Positions 41,229 to 52,333 of a DNA stretch of 64,000 nucleotides are shown one piece after another. The notes below the pieces were generated by a model. The model was not told the DNA's origin, ran no database searches, and saw nothing but the letters and a program-made list of their open reading frames with translations. Within the stretch, counting starts at the first letter, position 1. The number at the start of each line of letters is the position of its first letter. Source of the DNA: a virus (Duplodnaviria; Caudoviricetes); the IMG/VR virus record IMGVR_UViG_3300031760_000044, positions 5,220 through 69,219 of that record; one strand, written 5' to 3'. The translations under genes and the position numbers were made by a program.

Positions 41229-42511
41229 AAAAGGTAAAGAATAATATAGAAAGGGGGATTCAAAATGAACATGACAAACGATGATGAAATGGACAAGATG
41301 CTCGACCAGATATTGCTTGAAATAGCTAATTACTGGGTTGACTGTTATGAAAATGCGGAAGCCCCTAGTTTAACAAGGATAAGTAGGATAATTAATAAAC
41401 ATAAAAAGAATAAAAATGTGGAGGATTCGTAATGAACGCAGAACTAATGGAGGATCTTCAGAAGATTAGGGATCGCTACACGCAAAAAGACGATCACGTT
41501 ATCGACAGAGATTACTATAAAGACGGAGCGTGTGATATCTGGAAAGATATAATCATATTGCTCAAAGAGAGGGGAATACTATGAAAGAGAAAGTTATTGA
41601 ATTTCTTAGAGGATCATTCCCCATGGGTATTAAAATATATCACAGTCCGTCAAGCATAGAAGAGACTTGTGATATAATTTTTGATGAAAACGATGTGATT
41701 ATTTTTTACTGTAAACAATGGGAGTACATAGAGATATATGGTTTAGACTCTGAAGAATATGATGAAGTAGTTTTTAAATGTGGTAGTGCATATTCAAGTT
41801 ACTCAAACAGTAAACCTAAATTAACACAGATACAATAAGGAGTAGACATGACGGACGAGAAAGCCTTAGAAGTTTTAGATCAGGCACAACACAATGCATA
41901 TAAGGATGGTGATTACGATCTGTTGTATGCGCTTGAGACTGCCATTAAAGCCATTAAAGAAAAGAATAGGCTTGAGCAATACATTATTGCAAAGAAGGAG
42001 AAATAAATGACGAACCTAAATAAGTTTATCGAAACATTTGGTTTTGAGCCTGACCTTTCTACTGGCCCAGTTCCTTGTGGAGCATACTGCGAGGAATGTA
42101 AATATCACAGAGGTAACGTAGATAGGCATTGTTGTTCGCATGAATGGTGGGAAGAGGAATATAAGGATGGAAAAGAGGTATTGGTATCCAGTGGCGCTGT
42201 CCGCTGAAGACTGGTCTGACGGATATATTTATTTAACAGAGAAGGAAGCAGAGATAGTGGAGTACGCTACTAACCCTGCAAACTGGGCGCAAAAAGATAT
42301 GCGTCCATTGTCAGGATCTTTCTCAATAGATACTTTTCACAAAAAGGAGAAATTATAATGATTAATTTATATATTGAGAAAAATAATAAAGTGACTCAAT
42401 ATTATGATTTGCCTGAGATTCTGGTTAGAATGGTTTACAATATGGTTGACAATGTAATGACGTCTTCAGTTGAAACAGAAGATGGATACAAAGTTAATAT
42501 TGTAAAGATAG

Positions 42512-42543
42512 AAAAGGACAAGTAATAGTCCTTTTCATTTTTT
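42512..42543 (+). terminator. Intrinsic terminator closing the early region
   Basis: AAAAGGAC-AAGTAATA-GTCCTTTT followed by a T tract. Confidence 0.6.
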
Positions 42544-43171
42544 GTAAGAATTGCGTAAGAAAGGAATTAAATATGCGGACGTGTGAAGAATGTGTTTATT
42601 GTAAACCCGCTTGCAACGGCAAAGATTTGTTTAAGTGTATGTTGTCAAAGAAAGGTTTTAACACACCATGGTTTCATGGTTGGTTTTGCGACGGACGAGG
42701 CAAATCAATATTTAAAAAGAAGACAAAGAAAGATTAAATTACTACCCCCGAGGATCCCTTCGGGGGTATACTTGACAAATTTTAAAAAAGGACTTGCATT
42801 GGCTCTGAAGATATGATATTATCTAATTACAACAGAATATGCTATACTGTGATCTCCAGATAAACAGAATAAGAACTTAATAAACATGAGAGTAAACAGT
42901 ATATAATCTATAAGATGTAACATAATTAATAAATGCTGAATGAGGAAGTATAGATAAACAGAACTATTTTTCGTTCAGAACTTGATCTGGCAGTTTCACC
43001 CCCCCTATTGACAAATATGATGACCTATGATAATATAATCTATGTGAGGTACGGATAAAAATTTTTTAAAGAGGTACTTGACATAGATTAATCATTGTGG
43101 TAGTATTATATCAGACGCCCTAATGGGTGCGATATATTAACAATAATTAAGAATAGAAAGGACAAAAAAGA

Positions 43172-44305
43172 ATGAGATTCAAATTCACTGGTAATGCTAA
43201 TGCAGTAACCGATGCGGACAAGAAGGGCTACTTTGATCGCAGCGGCAAATCCAAGAACGGTAATCCTTATACAAGTATTACGTTCTCTGTAGCCTCATCT
43301 CCTAATAATAGGGGATACGTTGAAGTCTTTGGTATGGAAAGAGATACCATTAAGACTTATGATAACAATAATAATAAGATTGAGATCGACTGGGAAGATC
43401 GTAATGACGAGGGTGTACTCAAGACTGTACGCCAGAAGAATGTTATGAACTTCACCGAGGATGGCAGAAAGGAGTTTATTGCTGATCTCGACGTTGCTGA
43501 GTTCATTAAGGATCATATCTTTGAACTCGACAAGAAGAAGGTTGTTGTAACTGGTCAGGTTAATAAGGACTTCTATAATGGTAACGCTCGTGATAGATTT
43601 GTAGTGCAGAGTATCTACACCGCAGATGACAATGCCAAGACTGGTCTCAACATCATGGGTGAATATTTCTTTACTAAGGATAGTATTGATACCGCAGACT
43701 GGAAGAACGAGCATAAGCTCTACATCAATGGTTACACCAAGGAGTATGTAGCCACTGAAAAGAAGCAGATGTATGTTGCTCGTCAGCTGGTATTTGACTG
43801 CAGCAAGCTTGACTTTGAGAACGATAAGCATGTTGCTCTTGCCAACTTCCGTCTTGCACAGATCGGACTTAAGTATGAGGATGGTGTTATTGTAAATAAT
43901 CTTAAGGCTAAGAAGGTTTACAAGACTAGTGCAATTATCTCTTATACTAATGGCGCTGAAGAAATTGCCTTCGACGAGAAGGAGCTTACCGAGAATCAGC
44001 GCACCGCTATTGAGCTCGGCTTCAAGACTCTCGATGATTTCAAGCCCAAGGGTAAGATTTATGGCGACAGAAAGATCGAATATAAGCTCGTTGATTTTGA
44101 TATGAGAGACGAGTACGCAGATGGTTGCGTAGTTCTTGATGATACTATCAACGAATTTGAGGACGAGATTTATGTCCCTGCTATGGCAGAGTCTGAAGAT
44201 GACGCTTTCATGAATAAGCCTGAAGAGAAGAAGCCTACCAAGGCTAAGGCAAAGGCTGAGGAAGAAGAATCTGATGATGACGATGATCTTGATCTGTTTA
44301 ACTAA
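43172..44305 (+). CDS. Single-stranded DNA-binding-like protein
   Basis: First gene of the replication operon; beta-rich; acidic tail EEEESDDDDDLDLFN ending in a hydrophobic residue, as in SSBs. Confidence 0.55.
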   Translation: MRFKFTGNANAVTDADKKGYFDRSGKSKNGNPYTSITFSVASSPNNRGYVEVFGMERDTIKTYDNNNNKIEIDWEDRNDEGVLKTVRQKNVMNFTEDGRKEFIADLDVAEFIKDHIFELDKKKVVVTGQVNKDFYNGNARDRFVVQSIYTADDNAKTGLNIMGEYFFTKDSIDTADWKNEHKLYINGYTKEYVATEKKQMYVARQLVFDCSKLDFENDKHVALANFRLAQIGLKYEDGVIVNNLKAKKVYKTSAIISYTNGAEEIAFDEKELTENQRTAIELGFKTLDDFKPKGKIYGDRKIEYKLVDFDMRDEYADGCVVLDDTINEFEDEIYVPAMAESEDDAFMNKPEEKKPTKAKAKAEEEESDDDDDLDLFN

Positions 44306-44353
44306 TTATAAATGCGGGGCACTTTGCCCCGCTGGATGAAAAGGAGTAATAAT

Positions 44354-45484
44354 ATGGGTAAGTTTGGAAAGAAAGTAGAAATTAGTACTAACCCTCTCGA
44401 CTACAATATCTGTATCCTTGGTGAGTCCAAGATCGGAAAGACCACTATTGCCAAGCAGATGTGTGAAAAGCTTGTTGGCGACGATGGATACATTCATCTT
44501 GATATTGGTCGTGAGGAAGGAGCCGCTGCTATTGAGGGCATTGTGTCTGAGCATATCGAAGACTGGGCAAAGCTTTCAGAAGTAGTGGACGACATCGTAG
44601 AAAACAAGGAATCAGATTATAAGAATCTGAAAACCGTTATCTTCGACACCTTTGATGAACTTATTATTCTTGCAGAGAATGAGTCTGTGCGTCAGTACAA
44701 CAAGGCTCACCCTGAGAAGAAAACAGACACCATTAATGGTGCGTGGGGTGGCTTTGGTAAGGGTCAGGATTACGCAGCTAATCTTATTCTGGATGCGATC
44801 TATGAACTCAAGAAGGTTGGCGTTAATTCTATCATTATCGGCCACGTAAAGAGAAGTGATATCACAGATCCAGTTACTCAGGAGACCTTCTCTAAACTGA
44901 CCGCCGACACCACTCAGAGATATTTCAATGTTGTTAAGAATAAGATGCACTTTGTTGCTCTTGCTTATATCGACAGAGAGATCGTTAAAGAGAAGACTGG
45001 TAGACAGAACATTGTTACCAAAAAGGATATTGAGATTAACAAGGCTGTCAAGGAGAGCCGTGTAATTTCTTTCAGAGACGATACTTATTCTGTTGATTCA
45101 GGATCTCGTTTCGCTGATATTGTTGATAGAATTCCTTTTGATGCAGATGAATTTGTTAATGCTATGCAGGATGCTATCGACAAGGAAAAGCACAAGGGCG
45201 GTATGTCCGATGCCGAGATTAAGAAGGAAGCTAAGGCTAGAGAAAAGGCTAAGGAAGAAGCAGCCAAGGAGTATTCTGAGAAGAAGAAGTCTGCCGAAGC
45301 TAATGCTGAAAAGTCTGATGAACTTTATGAGAAGATTAAGGATGCAGCACTCAGCATGGATGGTGATACCAAGGCTAAGATTATTACATTCTTAAAGGAT
45401 AATGGACTCAAGAACTTTAAGGATAAGGATGCATTCACCCTTGAAATGCTTGAGGAAGCAGCGAAAATTCTTGGAGTAGCATAA
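44354..45484 (+). CDS. AAA-family (Sak4/AAA_24-like) ATPase, recombination protein
   Basis: Walker A GESKIGKT, Walker B VIFDT, IIIGH. Start at ATG 44354 behind AAGGAG. Confidence 0.8.
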   Translation: MGKFGKKVEISTNPLDYNICILGESKIGKTTIAKQMCEKLVGDDGYIHLDIGREEGAAAIEGIVSEHIEDWAKLSEVVDDIVENKESDYKNLKTVIFDTFDELIILAENESVRQYNKAHPEKKTDTINGAWGGFGKGQDYAANLILDAIYELKKVGVNSIIIGHVKRSDITDPVTQETFSKLTADTTQRYFNVVKNKMHFVALAYIDREIVKEKTGRQNIVTKKDIEINKAVKESRVISFRDDTYSVDSGSRFADIVDRIPFDADEFVNAMQDAIDKEKHKGGMSDAEIKKEAKAREKAKEEAAKEYSEKKKSAEANAEKSDELYEKIKDAALSMDGDTKAKIITFLKDNGLKNFKDKDAFTLEMLEEAAKILGVA

Positions 45485-45946
45485 TGGCCAGAAAGAAAAT
45501 GGTAGAACCTAAGGTGGAAGAGCCTAAGGTTTATGTGCGAGAGAAAACCGCAAAAGAGTTGGCAGTTGAAAAACTGTCAGCTCGCGGGATCTCCGCAACA
45601 ATAGAGAGCGGAGTCGTGATGACTCGAATAAAAACACCTGAAGAACTCAAGACCTATAAAGAAGCAATTAAAGCTATAGGTTATAACATGAGTTGGGGAT
45701 TTAAAATAGACAAAGGAGAAAACACAGATGAAACTGGACGAACAGCTGAAAGTATTGAGAGCGAAGGATCAGAAGATTACACTTAAGGACGGAGAAAATA
45801 TTCTTGTTGACAAAGGCACCAAGGATGATGTAACATATGGTGTGTTGGGAAGAGATGTGTTCTCCACCATTGTAGAAGAAGACAGAAGCATTACCATTTC
45901 ACTTGTGAATAGAGATTTAGTAAAGAAGAAGTAAGGAGATTAGGGG

Positions 45947-46441
45947 ATGAGAACAGTTAAATGTCAAGACACTGGCGAACTCGTCCCCTCAACTAATGCA
46001 TACAAGGCCTCTAATGGTAAATATTATTCATCAGAAGAGGCCTTTAAGCATTTGTTGGACGAGAAGATGTATCGTCAGCGGTGCCTCGAAGAATTAGGGA
46101 ACATTCTGGGGTATCATGAGGGTCAAAAGTTCCCTACAATTGTAGCTAAGAAACTTAAAGAGTATGAGTACTATGGCTACGACGTTGTTCTACAGACTAT
46201 TATCAGCAAGCGATCTGATATGGTTTATTCTATTAGTCATAAAGATTTTGCCTCAGAGTATAATAGAGTATCTTATATAATGGCTATCATAACTAACAGT
46301 ATCAATGATATCAAAAAGAAAATCGATAAAGAGAAAAGACTTCAACACGTTTCGAATAATGCAATAACTTCTGAAGAGGTGGAATCAAGTATAACACCAG
46401 TAAACAGTGGAGAGATCCACGATATATCAAAGTTTTTGTGA
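45947..46441 (+). CDS. Hypothetical protein upstream of the helicase (possible loader)
   Basis: 164 aa in SPbeta-like synteny directly before DnaB. Confidence 0.5.
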   Translation: MRTVKCQDTGELVPSTNAYKASNGKYYSSEEAFKHLLDEKMYRQRCLEELGNILGYHEGQKFPTIVAKKLKEYEYYGYDVVLQTIISKRSDMVYSISHKDFASEYNRVSYIMAIITNSINDIKKKIDKEKRLQHVSNNAITSEEVESSITPVNSGEIHDISKFL

Positions 46442-46449
46442 GGTAGAAA

Positions 46450-47913
46450 ATGATAAATATCAAAGAGTTACCCGATCAGTTGATCGAGGGCAGACAAGAG
46501 ACTGAATGTAATTTTATTATCAGTCTTTATAAGGATCCCGATTTAATTGGGCTCTACAAGGAAAAGATTACAACTGGAGACGACATCATTACAGATGCTG
46601 GTCAATTCTATTATGGGCTTGCATTAGGACTTGAAAAGGCTGGCTACGATGCTTTTGACGATATGGCAATAGTAACCTACCTATCCGATAAGAAGACGGC
46701 AAAGAAAAAGTTTGATGAATATGGTGGGCTTGCCACGCTTCATGAAATGGTGGGGCTGGTTAATGAAGCCAATGTTGACACCTACTATGATAGACTTGCC
46801 AAGAATAACTTCCTTGCCAAGTTATATCTTAAAGGATTTGATGTCCTCCGTGATATAGATAAATATCAGCGTATGACTGCTGAAGAATGCTATGACTATA
46901 TTGAGTACCAGATTAGTGATAGTATGGTTGCAGGAGTGGATAAGATCCATTCTGAAGATGTTAATGAAGATATGGATAACTTTGTTGACGAACTTGACAC
47001 TGGCGCACAGCAAGGATATCCTCTTGGACTTAACACTCTTAACTATATGCTGGGTGGTTTACATGCTGGTACAATGACACTTCTTGGTGCGCCTATCGGC
47101 CAAGGAAAGACGAGTGGTTCTGTACCTATCATCATCATGAAGAATCTTGAAGAAGGTCGTAACGTACTTGTTATCAGTAATGAGCAGACTTGCAAAGAGT
47201 ATAGACAATTACTTCTTACTTATGCACTGTTTAATAATCCTGACTTTAAAGGCTGCGGCCTCAACAGAAAGAAGATAGGGCTTGGACACTTTACACCTGA
47301 GCAGAAAGCAGAACTTAAAAAGGCTGGCGAATGGTTAAAGAGTCTTAAGGGACACGTAAGATTTGTTGAGCTTCAGGATTATAGCACGGCTGCGGTGCGT
47401 AAGATTATTACCAAGTATTCCAAGATCGGATATCCTATAGTAATCTATGACGTACTTAAGCCCGCAGACGGAGCATCTGAAAGAGCGTGGGCAGAGTTCT
47501 CCGCTTGTGCAGAGACATTGTTCCAGATGGCAAAGAAGACTAAGGTTGCATTGGTATGTACGTTCCAGTTGGCACCCGATTCTTTGACTAGAAAGTATCT
47601 TGACCTAAGTTCAATAGGTAAATCAAGAGGTATAGCAGAGACGTGCCATGCATGTATCATGTTCCGTCCAGTATTTAATAATGAGTATGAGGACTTGCAT
47701 CCGTACAACTATCGCACTACAGAGGACGGCAAGAAGGTTAAGGTATTATTGGATCTCGATCCTGAGAAGCATTACATAATAATCTTCGTGCCTAAGAATA
47801 GATCTGGTGAAGTATCACCTCAGATATGTGTACAGTTTGATATGGCATTTATGCGCATGAAAGAAGTTGGCTGGATAGATGTAACATTCGACAACTTCTC
47901 ACGTGGCAGATAA
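46450..47913 (+). CDS. dnaB: DnaB-like replicative helicase
   Basis: Walker A GAPIGQGKTS, VISNEQ, VIYDVLK, CTFQL, KNRSG. Confidence 0.85.
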   Translation: MINIKELPDQLIEGRQETECNFIISLYKDPDLIGLYKEKITTGDDIITDAGQFYYGLALGLEKAGYDAFDDMAIVTYLSDKKTAKKKFDEYGGLATLHEMVGLVNEANVDTYYDRLAKNNFLAKLYLKGFDVLRDIDKYQRMTAEECYDYIEYQISDSMVAGVDKIHSEDVNEDMDNFVDELDTGAQQGYPLGLNTLNYMLGGLHAGTMTLLGAPIGQGKTSGSVPIIIMKNLEEGRNVLVISNEQTCKEYRQLLLTYALFNNPDFKGCGLNRKKIGLGHFTPEQKAELKKAGEWLKSLKGHVRFVELQDYSTAAVRKIITKYSKIGYPIVIYDVLKPADGASERAWAEFSACAETLFQMAKKTKVALVCTFQLAPDSLTRKYLDLSSIGKSRGIAETCHACIMFRPVFNNEYEDLHPYNYRTTEDGKKVKVLLDLDPEKHYIIIFVPKNRSGEVSPQICVQFDMAFMRMKEVGWIDVTFDNFSRGR

Positions 47914-47914
47914 C

Positions 47915-47943
47915 TTGACAAAATAATTTATAGGCAGTATAAT
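47915..47943 (+). promoter_or_regulatory. Consensus sigma-A promoter for iscS and primase
   Basis: TTGACA-N17-TATAAT. Confidence 0.8.
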
Positions 47944-47963
47944 TCTATTATCAAAACGAAAGG

Positions 47964-49100
47964 ATGTTTAATATGAAAACTGTTTATCTTGATTATGCGG
48001 CAACCACGCCAGTAATACAGCCCGCCAAAGATGCGGTAATTAAATACTTGAATACATTTTACAATCCCTCTTCCGCTTATGCGGGAGCCAGAGAAGTTAG
48101 AGAAGCAGTGGAAAAGGCACGTGCGGATATTGCGTCTTGTATAGGTGCTCTGCCTGAGGAAATTTATTTCACTAGCGGATCTACTGAGGGCAACAATATT
48201 GCTATTCAGGGTGGCATAAAGACAGTTAGTGGTAGGTTTATCACTACAAATATTGAACATCCTTCTGTTATGAATCTTGTAGATAAATATTCTGACAATT
48301 GCTATGTACTTGATGTAAAATACGATGGCAGTATAGATCTTCAGGAATTAGAAAGTGCATTGGACTTTAATGATTTCGTGTCAATAATGCTAATCAATAA
48401 TGAAATTGGATATATCCAGCCCATGCATGACATCGCCAAGAAGGTTAAAAGACATAAGGGTATTATTCATACAGATGCTACTCAGGCCATAGGACATATT
48501 CCTATTGATGTAAGAGAGCTGGACGTAAATATTCTTACTGCCAGCGGACATAAGTTTGGTGCACCCAAAGGTGTAGGTTTTATATATATACGCAAGGGTA
48601 CACATATCCCTTCGCTTACATTTGGTGGCGGTCAGGAGAACGGCTTTCGATCTGGCACAGAGAATGTTGGTGGCATTGTGGCTATGGCCGCAGCATTAAC
48701 TCAGGCTACAAAGGATCTTAAGCGTAATACAACACATATTCAAGAGATTAGTGATTATTGTATTGAGAAGTTTGAGTCATGTGGTTTTTCATATAGTTTT
48801 AACTTCACATCAAATAATCATTACGCTGGCATTGTTAACGTATGTCTGATGGGAACTCGTGGAGAAGAAGTAGTAGAGTTCTTATCTCAGAACGATGTTT
48901 ATATATCATCTGGTAGCGCATGTCATTCACATGACGACAAACCTTCACATGTTCTACTTGCAATTGGTTGTACCACTGAGCAAGCTGAATCATCTATTCG
49001 TATTAGTATCGGCAATGATACAACCAAAGCTGAAATAGATAGATTGTTTGAGGTATTAAATTTATATTATACATTAAGGGGTGAAGATAACATTGATTGA
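47964..49100 (+). CDS. iscS: Cysteine desulfurase (IscS/NifS family)
   Basis: YLDYAATTP, FTSGSTEGNN, NNEIG, HTDATQ, SGHKFGAPKG (PLP lysine), SSGSACHS (catalytic Cys). Confidence 0.95.
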   Translation: MFNMKTVYLDYAATTPVIQPAKDAVIKYLNTFYNPSSAYAGAREVREAVEKARADIASCIGALPEEIYFTSGSTEGNNIAIQGGIKTVSGRFITTNIEHPSVMNLVDKYSDNCYVLDVKYDGSIDLQELESALDFNDFVSIMLINNEIGYIQPMHDIAKKVKRHKGIIHTDATQAIGHIPIDVRELDVNILTASGHKFGAPKGVGFIYIRKGTHIPSLTFGGGQENGFRSGTENVGGIVAMAAALTQATKDLKRNTTHIQEISDYCIEKFESCGFSYSFNFTSNNHYAGIVNVCLMGTRGEEVVEFLSQNDVYISSGSACHSHDDKPSHVLLAIGCTTEQAESSIRISIGNDTTKAEIDRLFEVLNLYYTLRGEDNID

Positions 49101-50124
49101 TGCTGCAAGCCTAAAAGAATATCTCCGCAATAAAGAGGACGAGATTGTTAAAGTGCTTGAGCATATAGGTATTGATACCGAGTCAATAAAGTATCATCCA
49201 ACTCAAAATTATTTATCTATGTGTCGTATAGGCGGAGATAATAAGAATGGGTTATTATTGTGGCTTGATAGTTTAAGCTATAAGATGATGACCCGTAACA
49301 ATTCTGGTAATTTGTTTACGTTGGTAATGGACGAAACAGACTGTAACTTTCCCACCGCTCTTAAAAGGATAGCACGTTGGAGTGGATATGACGGAGATAG
49401 TAATATAAAGATCGAGCTTCCGTTTGGTGGATTTTATAAACAAGTAAGGAAAGATGCTGAAGGCAATTATATTCCAACATTTACTTATTATCCTGAGTCA
49501 GCTCTGCCACCAGCAGACTGTTTATCTCAGAAATATTTTAAAGATGGAGTAGACTTCCAGACACAAGAATTATTTGGAGTCAGGCTGGATCTTGAAAATA
49601 ACTCAATAGCCACACCAATATATGATTATTCTGGGCAATTGGTTGGCTGCAAGAACAGAAGTAATGATCCGTTTTGCCCTAAAGACGAAAGGTTTTATGC
49701 TTCGCTTCCATATCCAAAGACCAGTATAGTATATGGATATGCTATAAATTATCATTCCATAGTATCTAAAAATACTATTGTGGTATTAGAAGCGGAAAAA
49801 TCCGTTCAGCAAATGTATAGCTTTGGTTGCCCTATCGCTACAGCGATAGGTGGCCATTGTATCAGTAGCACTCAGGCGCATTACATAAAAAGTTTTGGTG
49901 CTAAAAACATTGTGCTGGCTTATGATGAAGGTATTGATGAAGATAGTATGCGATATGATGCTGAAAAATTAATAGTAAATAATCACATCATGAAAAATAA
50001 TGTGTATTATATCTATGATAAGAATGGTTATTACTTGAATCATGGTAGCAAAGATAGTCCTTCTGATCATGGCAGATATTTGTTTGAACAGATGTATAAA
50101 AACTGTCTGGTAAAAATAACTTGA
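49081..50124 (+). CDS. DNA primase (TOPRIM)
   Basis: GTG start overlapping iscS; VVLEAEKSV and VLAYDEG TOPRIM motifs; N-terminal zinc-binding-like region. Confidence 0.75.
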   Translation: MKITLIDAASLKEYLRNKEDEIVKVLEHIGIDTESIKYHPTQNYLSMCRIGGDNKNGLLLWLDSLSYKMMTRNNSGNLFTLVMDETDCNFPTALKRIARWSGYDGDSNIKIELPFGGFYKQVRKDAEGNYIPTFTYYPESALPPADCLSQKYFKDGVDFQTQELFGVRLDLENNSIATPIYDYSGQLVGCKNRSNDPFCPKDERFYASLPYPKTSIVYGYAINYHSIVSKNTIVVLEAEKSVQQMYSFGCPIATAIGGHCISSTQAHYIKSFGAKNIVLAYDEGIDEDSMRYDAEKLIVNNHIMKNNVYYIYDKNGYYLNHGSKDSPSDHGRYLFEQMYKNCLVKIT

Positions 50125-50858
50125 CAAAATAATAATAGGAGTGATAATATGAAAATAGACACTGAATATAAAATAATCGATTTAGATATCAAAGGTAACA
50201 CAGTGAGGTATTATCTCGCCAAGGATCCCAAGAAGATTAAGGAAAGCTGGGGCGATGACTGGGACGACACACCTTATGAGCATAATGCTGGACGTGTATA
50301 TGGTCACTATGTTGATAAGGTGGTAGACGTTTTTTATCCTTACGACATGATAGTTACTGAACCCAGTGACGATTGGCATTATGACTATAATTCTCCTTTT
50401 TGCAAAGAGGATTTTAAGAAGCGTAAGGCACCTAGAGTTTGCGTTTATTATCCAGAAAATCCATGGGAATCAGAAACTTATTCAGAAATGATGGGCAATG
50501 AAAATATCAATAGAATTTATTACGGTGATTCTATTGATAAAGCACTTAAAAATAGTGTATATTATATGGAGGTAGAAAATGAAGATGTGTGATCAGGGTT
50601 GTTATAATCTTGTGGTAGCATATTTACGCCAGATGGCAGAAGATTATGAAAAGGCGGTAGAAAAGGGAGACTTAAAGACTCTTATTGAAATAGAAAAGAG
50701 TATTCTTTCTGATAATTATTATGGAGATATTATTGGACTATCGGCAGATGCGATGATTTTGCAGATTAGATATAACTCATATGACACCAGCAAGTATAGG
50801 ATTATGAGATACGAGAATACCAATATGCCACGCGGCATTATAAAGAAGGGAGAATAAT

Positions 50859-51923
50859 GTGGAGAGAGTAGAGGATAAACGACTTAAAGCATTAAGGGAT
50901 CAGGGTAAAAATATTTATTCTATCTCTCGACTTAATAGTCTTAACCAGTGTCCGTATGCGTCATACATAACATACGTTCTTGGTGACAGAGGTAATAATA
51001 ATGTATGGGCTGCACTTGGATCCATTATGCACGATACACTTCAAGACATTATTGACAATGGTACACCTACAGATATACTTATTGAACATCTTAATGACGG
51101 TATAGATAACCTTGAAATTAGCGGAATGGATTTTCCCAAGGATAGAAATGGTGGATCCAGTATTCGTGATAACTGGGTTAAAAATATGACAGAGTTCTGT
51201 AAACATTTCAAAGCCCCCAAGGGTAAGTTTAAAACAGAGCAGTTGGTTATCTATAAAGTGTCTGACGATGATTATGTACAAGGTTATATAGACTTACTTA
51301 AGATCAATGACGACGGAACAGTGAGTGTGTACGACTGGAAAACAAGTTCGCAATTCGTTGGTGATCATCTTATTGAGGCTGGCAGACAGTTGGTGCTTTA
51401 TGCTCAAGCATTAGAACAAGAAGGATACAAGGTTGACAAACTTGCATGGGTAATGTTAAAATATTGTGTAGTCAGATGGAAGCAGAAGAATGGTAAGATT
51501 AAAGAGAAGATTTGTGAATGGCGTAATTATGTAGCACAGATCCGTCCATACCTTCTTAAGCCTCCCGTAGCGGTTGATATCGACGAGTTTGAGCTGGACA
51601 TGATGATCGATAAGGCTGTTGAAGAAAACTCTCTTGATGGGCTTCCTACGGAGTTAAGAGACCAGTTTGAAGTTGAACAGTACGTTAGATATTACGACTA
51701 TAATCAGGAAGTAATTGATGAAACACTTAACTATGTAACTACGCAGATTCAGTCATACAAAGATCGTGGTACTGATGAAAAGAATTATCCACCCAAGGAT
51801 GTAGCAAAGGATAGTTATTTCTGCTCGGCATTGTGCGGACATAGCAATAAGTGTCAGTATTACAAAGACTACTGTGCTACATTTGTAAAGTCCGACAAGA
51901 ATGACGAGGATTCGCTATTTTGA
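50859..51923 (+). CDS. Cas4-like PD-(D/E)XK exonuclease with probable Fe-S cluster
   Basis: SISRLNSLNQCPY, QGYIDL...YDWKT, QLVLY, and C-terminal C-x3-C-x6-C. Confidence 0.8.
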   Translation: MERVEDKRLKALRDQGKNIYSISRLNSLNQCPYASYITYVLGDRGNNNVWAALGSIMHDTLQDIIDNGTPTDILIEHLNDGIDNLEISGMDFPKDRNGGSSIRDNWVKNMTEFCKHFKAPKGKFKTEQLVIYKVSDDDYVQGYIDLLKINDDGTVSVYDWKTSSQFVGDHLIEAGRQLVLYAQALEQEGYKVDKLAWVMLKYCVVRWKQKNGKIKEKICEWRNYVAQIRPYLLKPPVAVDIDEFELDMMIDKAVEENSLDGLPTELRDQFEVEQYVRYYDYNQEVIDETLNYVTTQIQSYKDRGTDEKNYPPKDVAKDSYFCSALCGHSNKCQYYKDYCATFVKSDKNDEDSLF

Positions 51924-52128
51924 TCAGGGTAAGTAGTGGGCTGTCCACCAGTATTTCTCCGTGTAAAAATTGCACCAGACGAAAAGCTGGGTGTCATTGT
52001 AAATGTGGGAAGTACAAAGGATATGTCCAAGATAATAAACAAGTTAGTGATAAAGTAAATGTACGCAAGCAAGTTGAACATGCATTAACATCAATAATAT
52101 TCACTAAAAAATAAAGTTATATTACCGC

Positions 52129-52157
52129 TTGACATTGTAGTACGGATATGATATTAT
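52129..52157 (+). promoter_or_regulatory. Sigma-A promoter at the start of the RNA island
   Basis: TTGACA-N17-TATTAT with TG extension. Confidence 0.75.
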
Positions 52158-52260
52158 ACTATTGAACTTGATTTTATCATAGTTAACTTTTTCCTTTTCC
52201 ATTAAAGAAAGAACGTGAAACGCACCGTCGTTACCCTTTATGGTTGTCCTTTCTTTATCT

Positions 52261-52333
52261 GCCCCTTTAGTTCAGTCGGTAGAACACGCGGCTGTTAACC
52301 GCGATGTCCTAGGTTCGAGTCCTAGAGGGGGCG
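52261..52333 (+). tRNA. tRNA-Asn (GTT)
   Basis: Canonical cloverleaf GCCCCTT/AGGGGGC, CGCGG-CTGTTAA-CCGCG, CTAGG-TTCGAGT-CCTAG; no encoded CCA. Confidence 0.92.

Larger units (their letters stand above)
13390..42358 (+). other. Early-gene region: over 100 mostly short hypothetical ORFs on the plus strand, many behind their own sigma-A promoters
   Basis: Contiguous, tightly packed ORFs with GGAGG/AAGGAG RBS and frequent ATGA/TAATG overlaps; promoters are listed separately. Confidence 0.85.
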
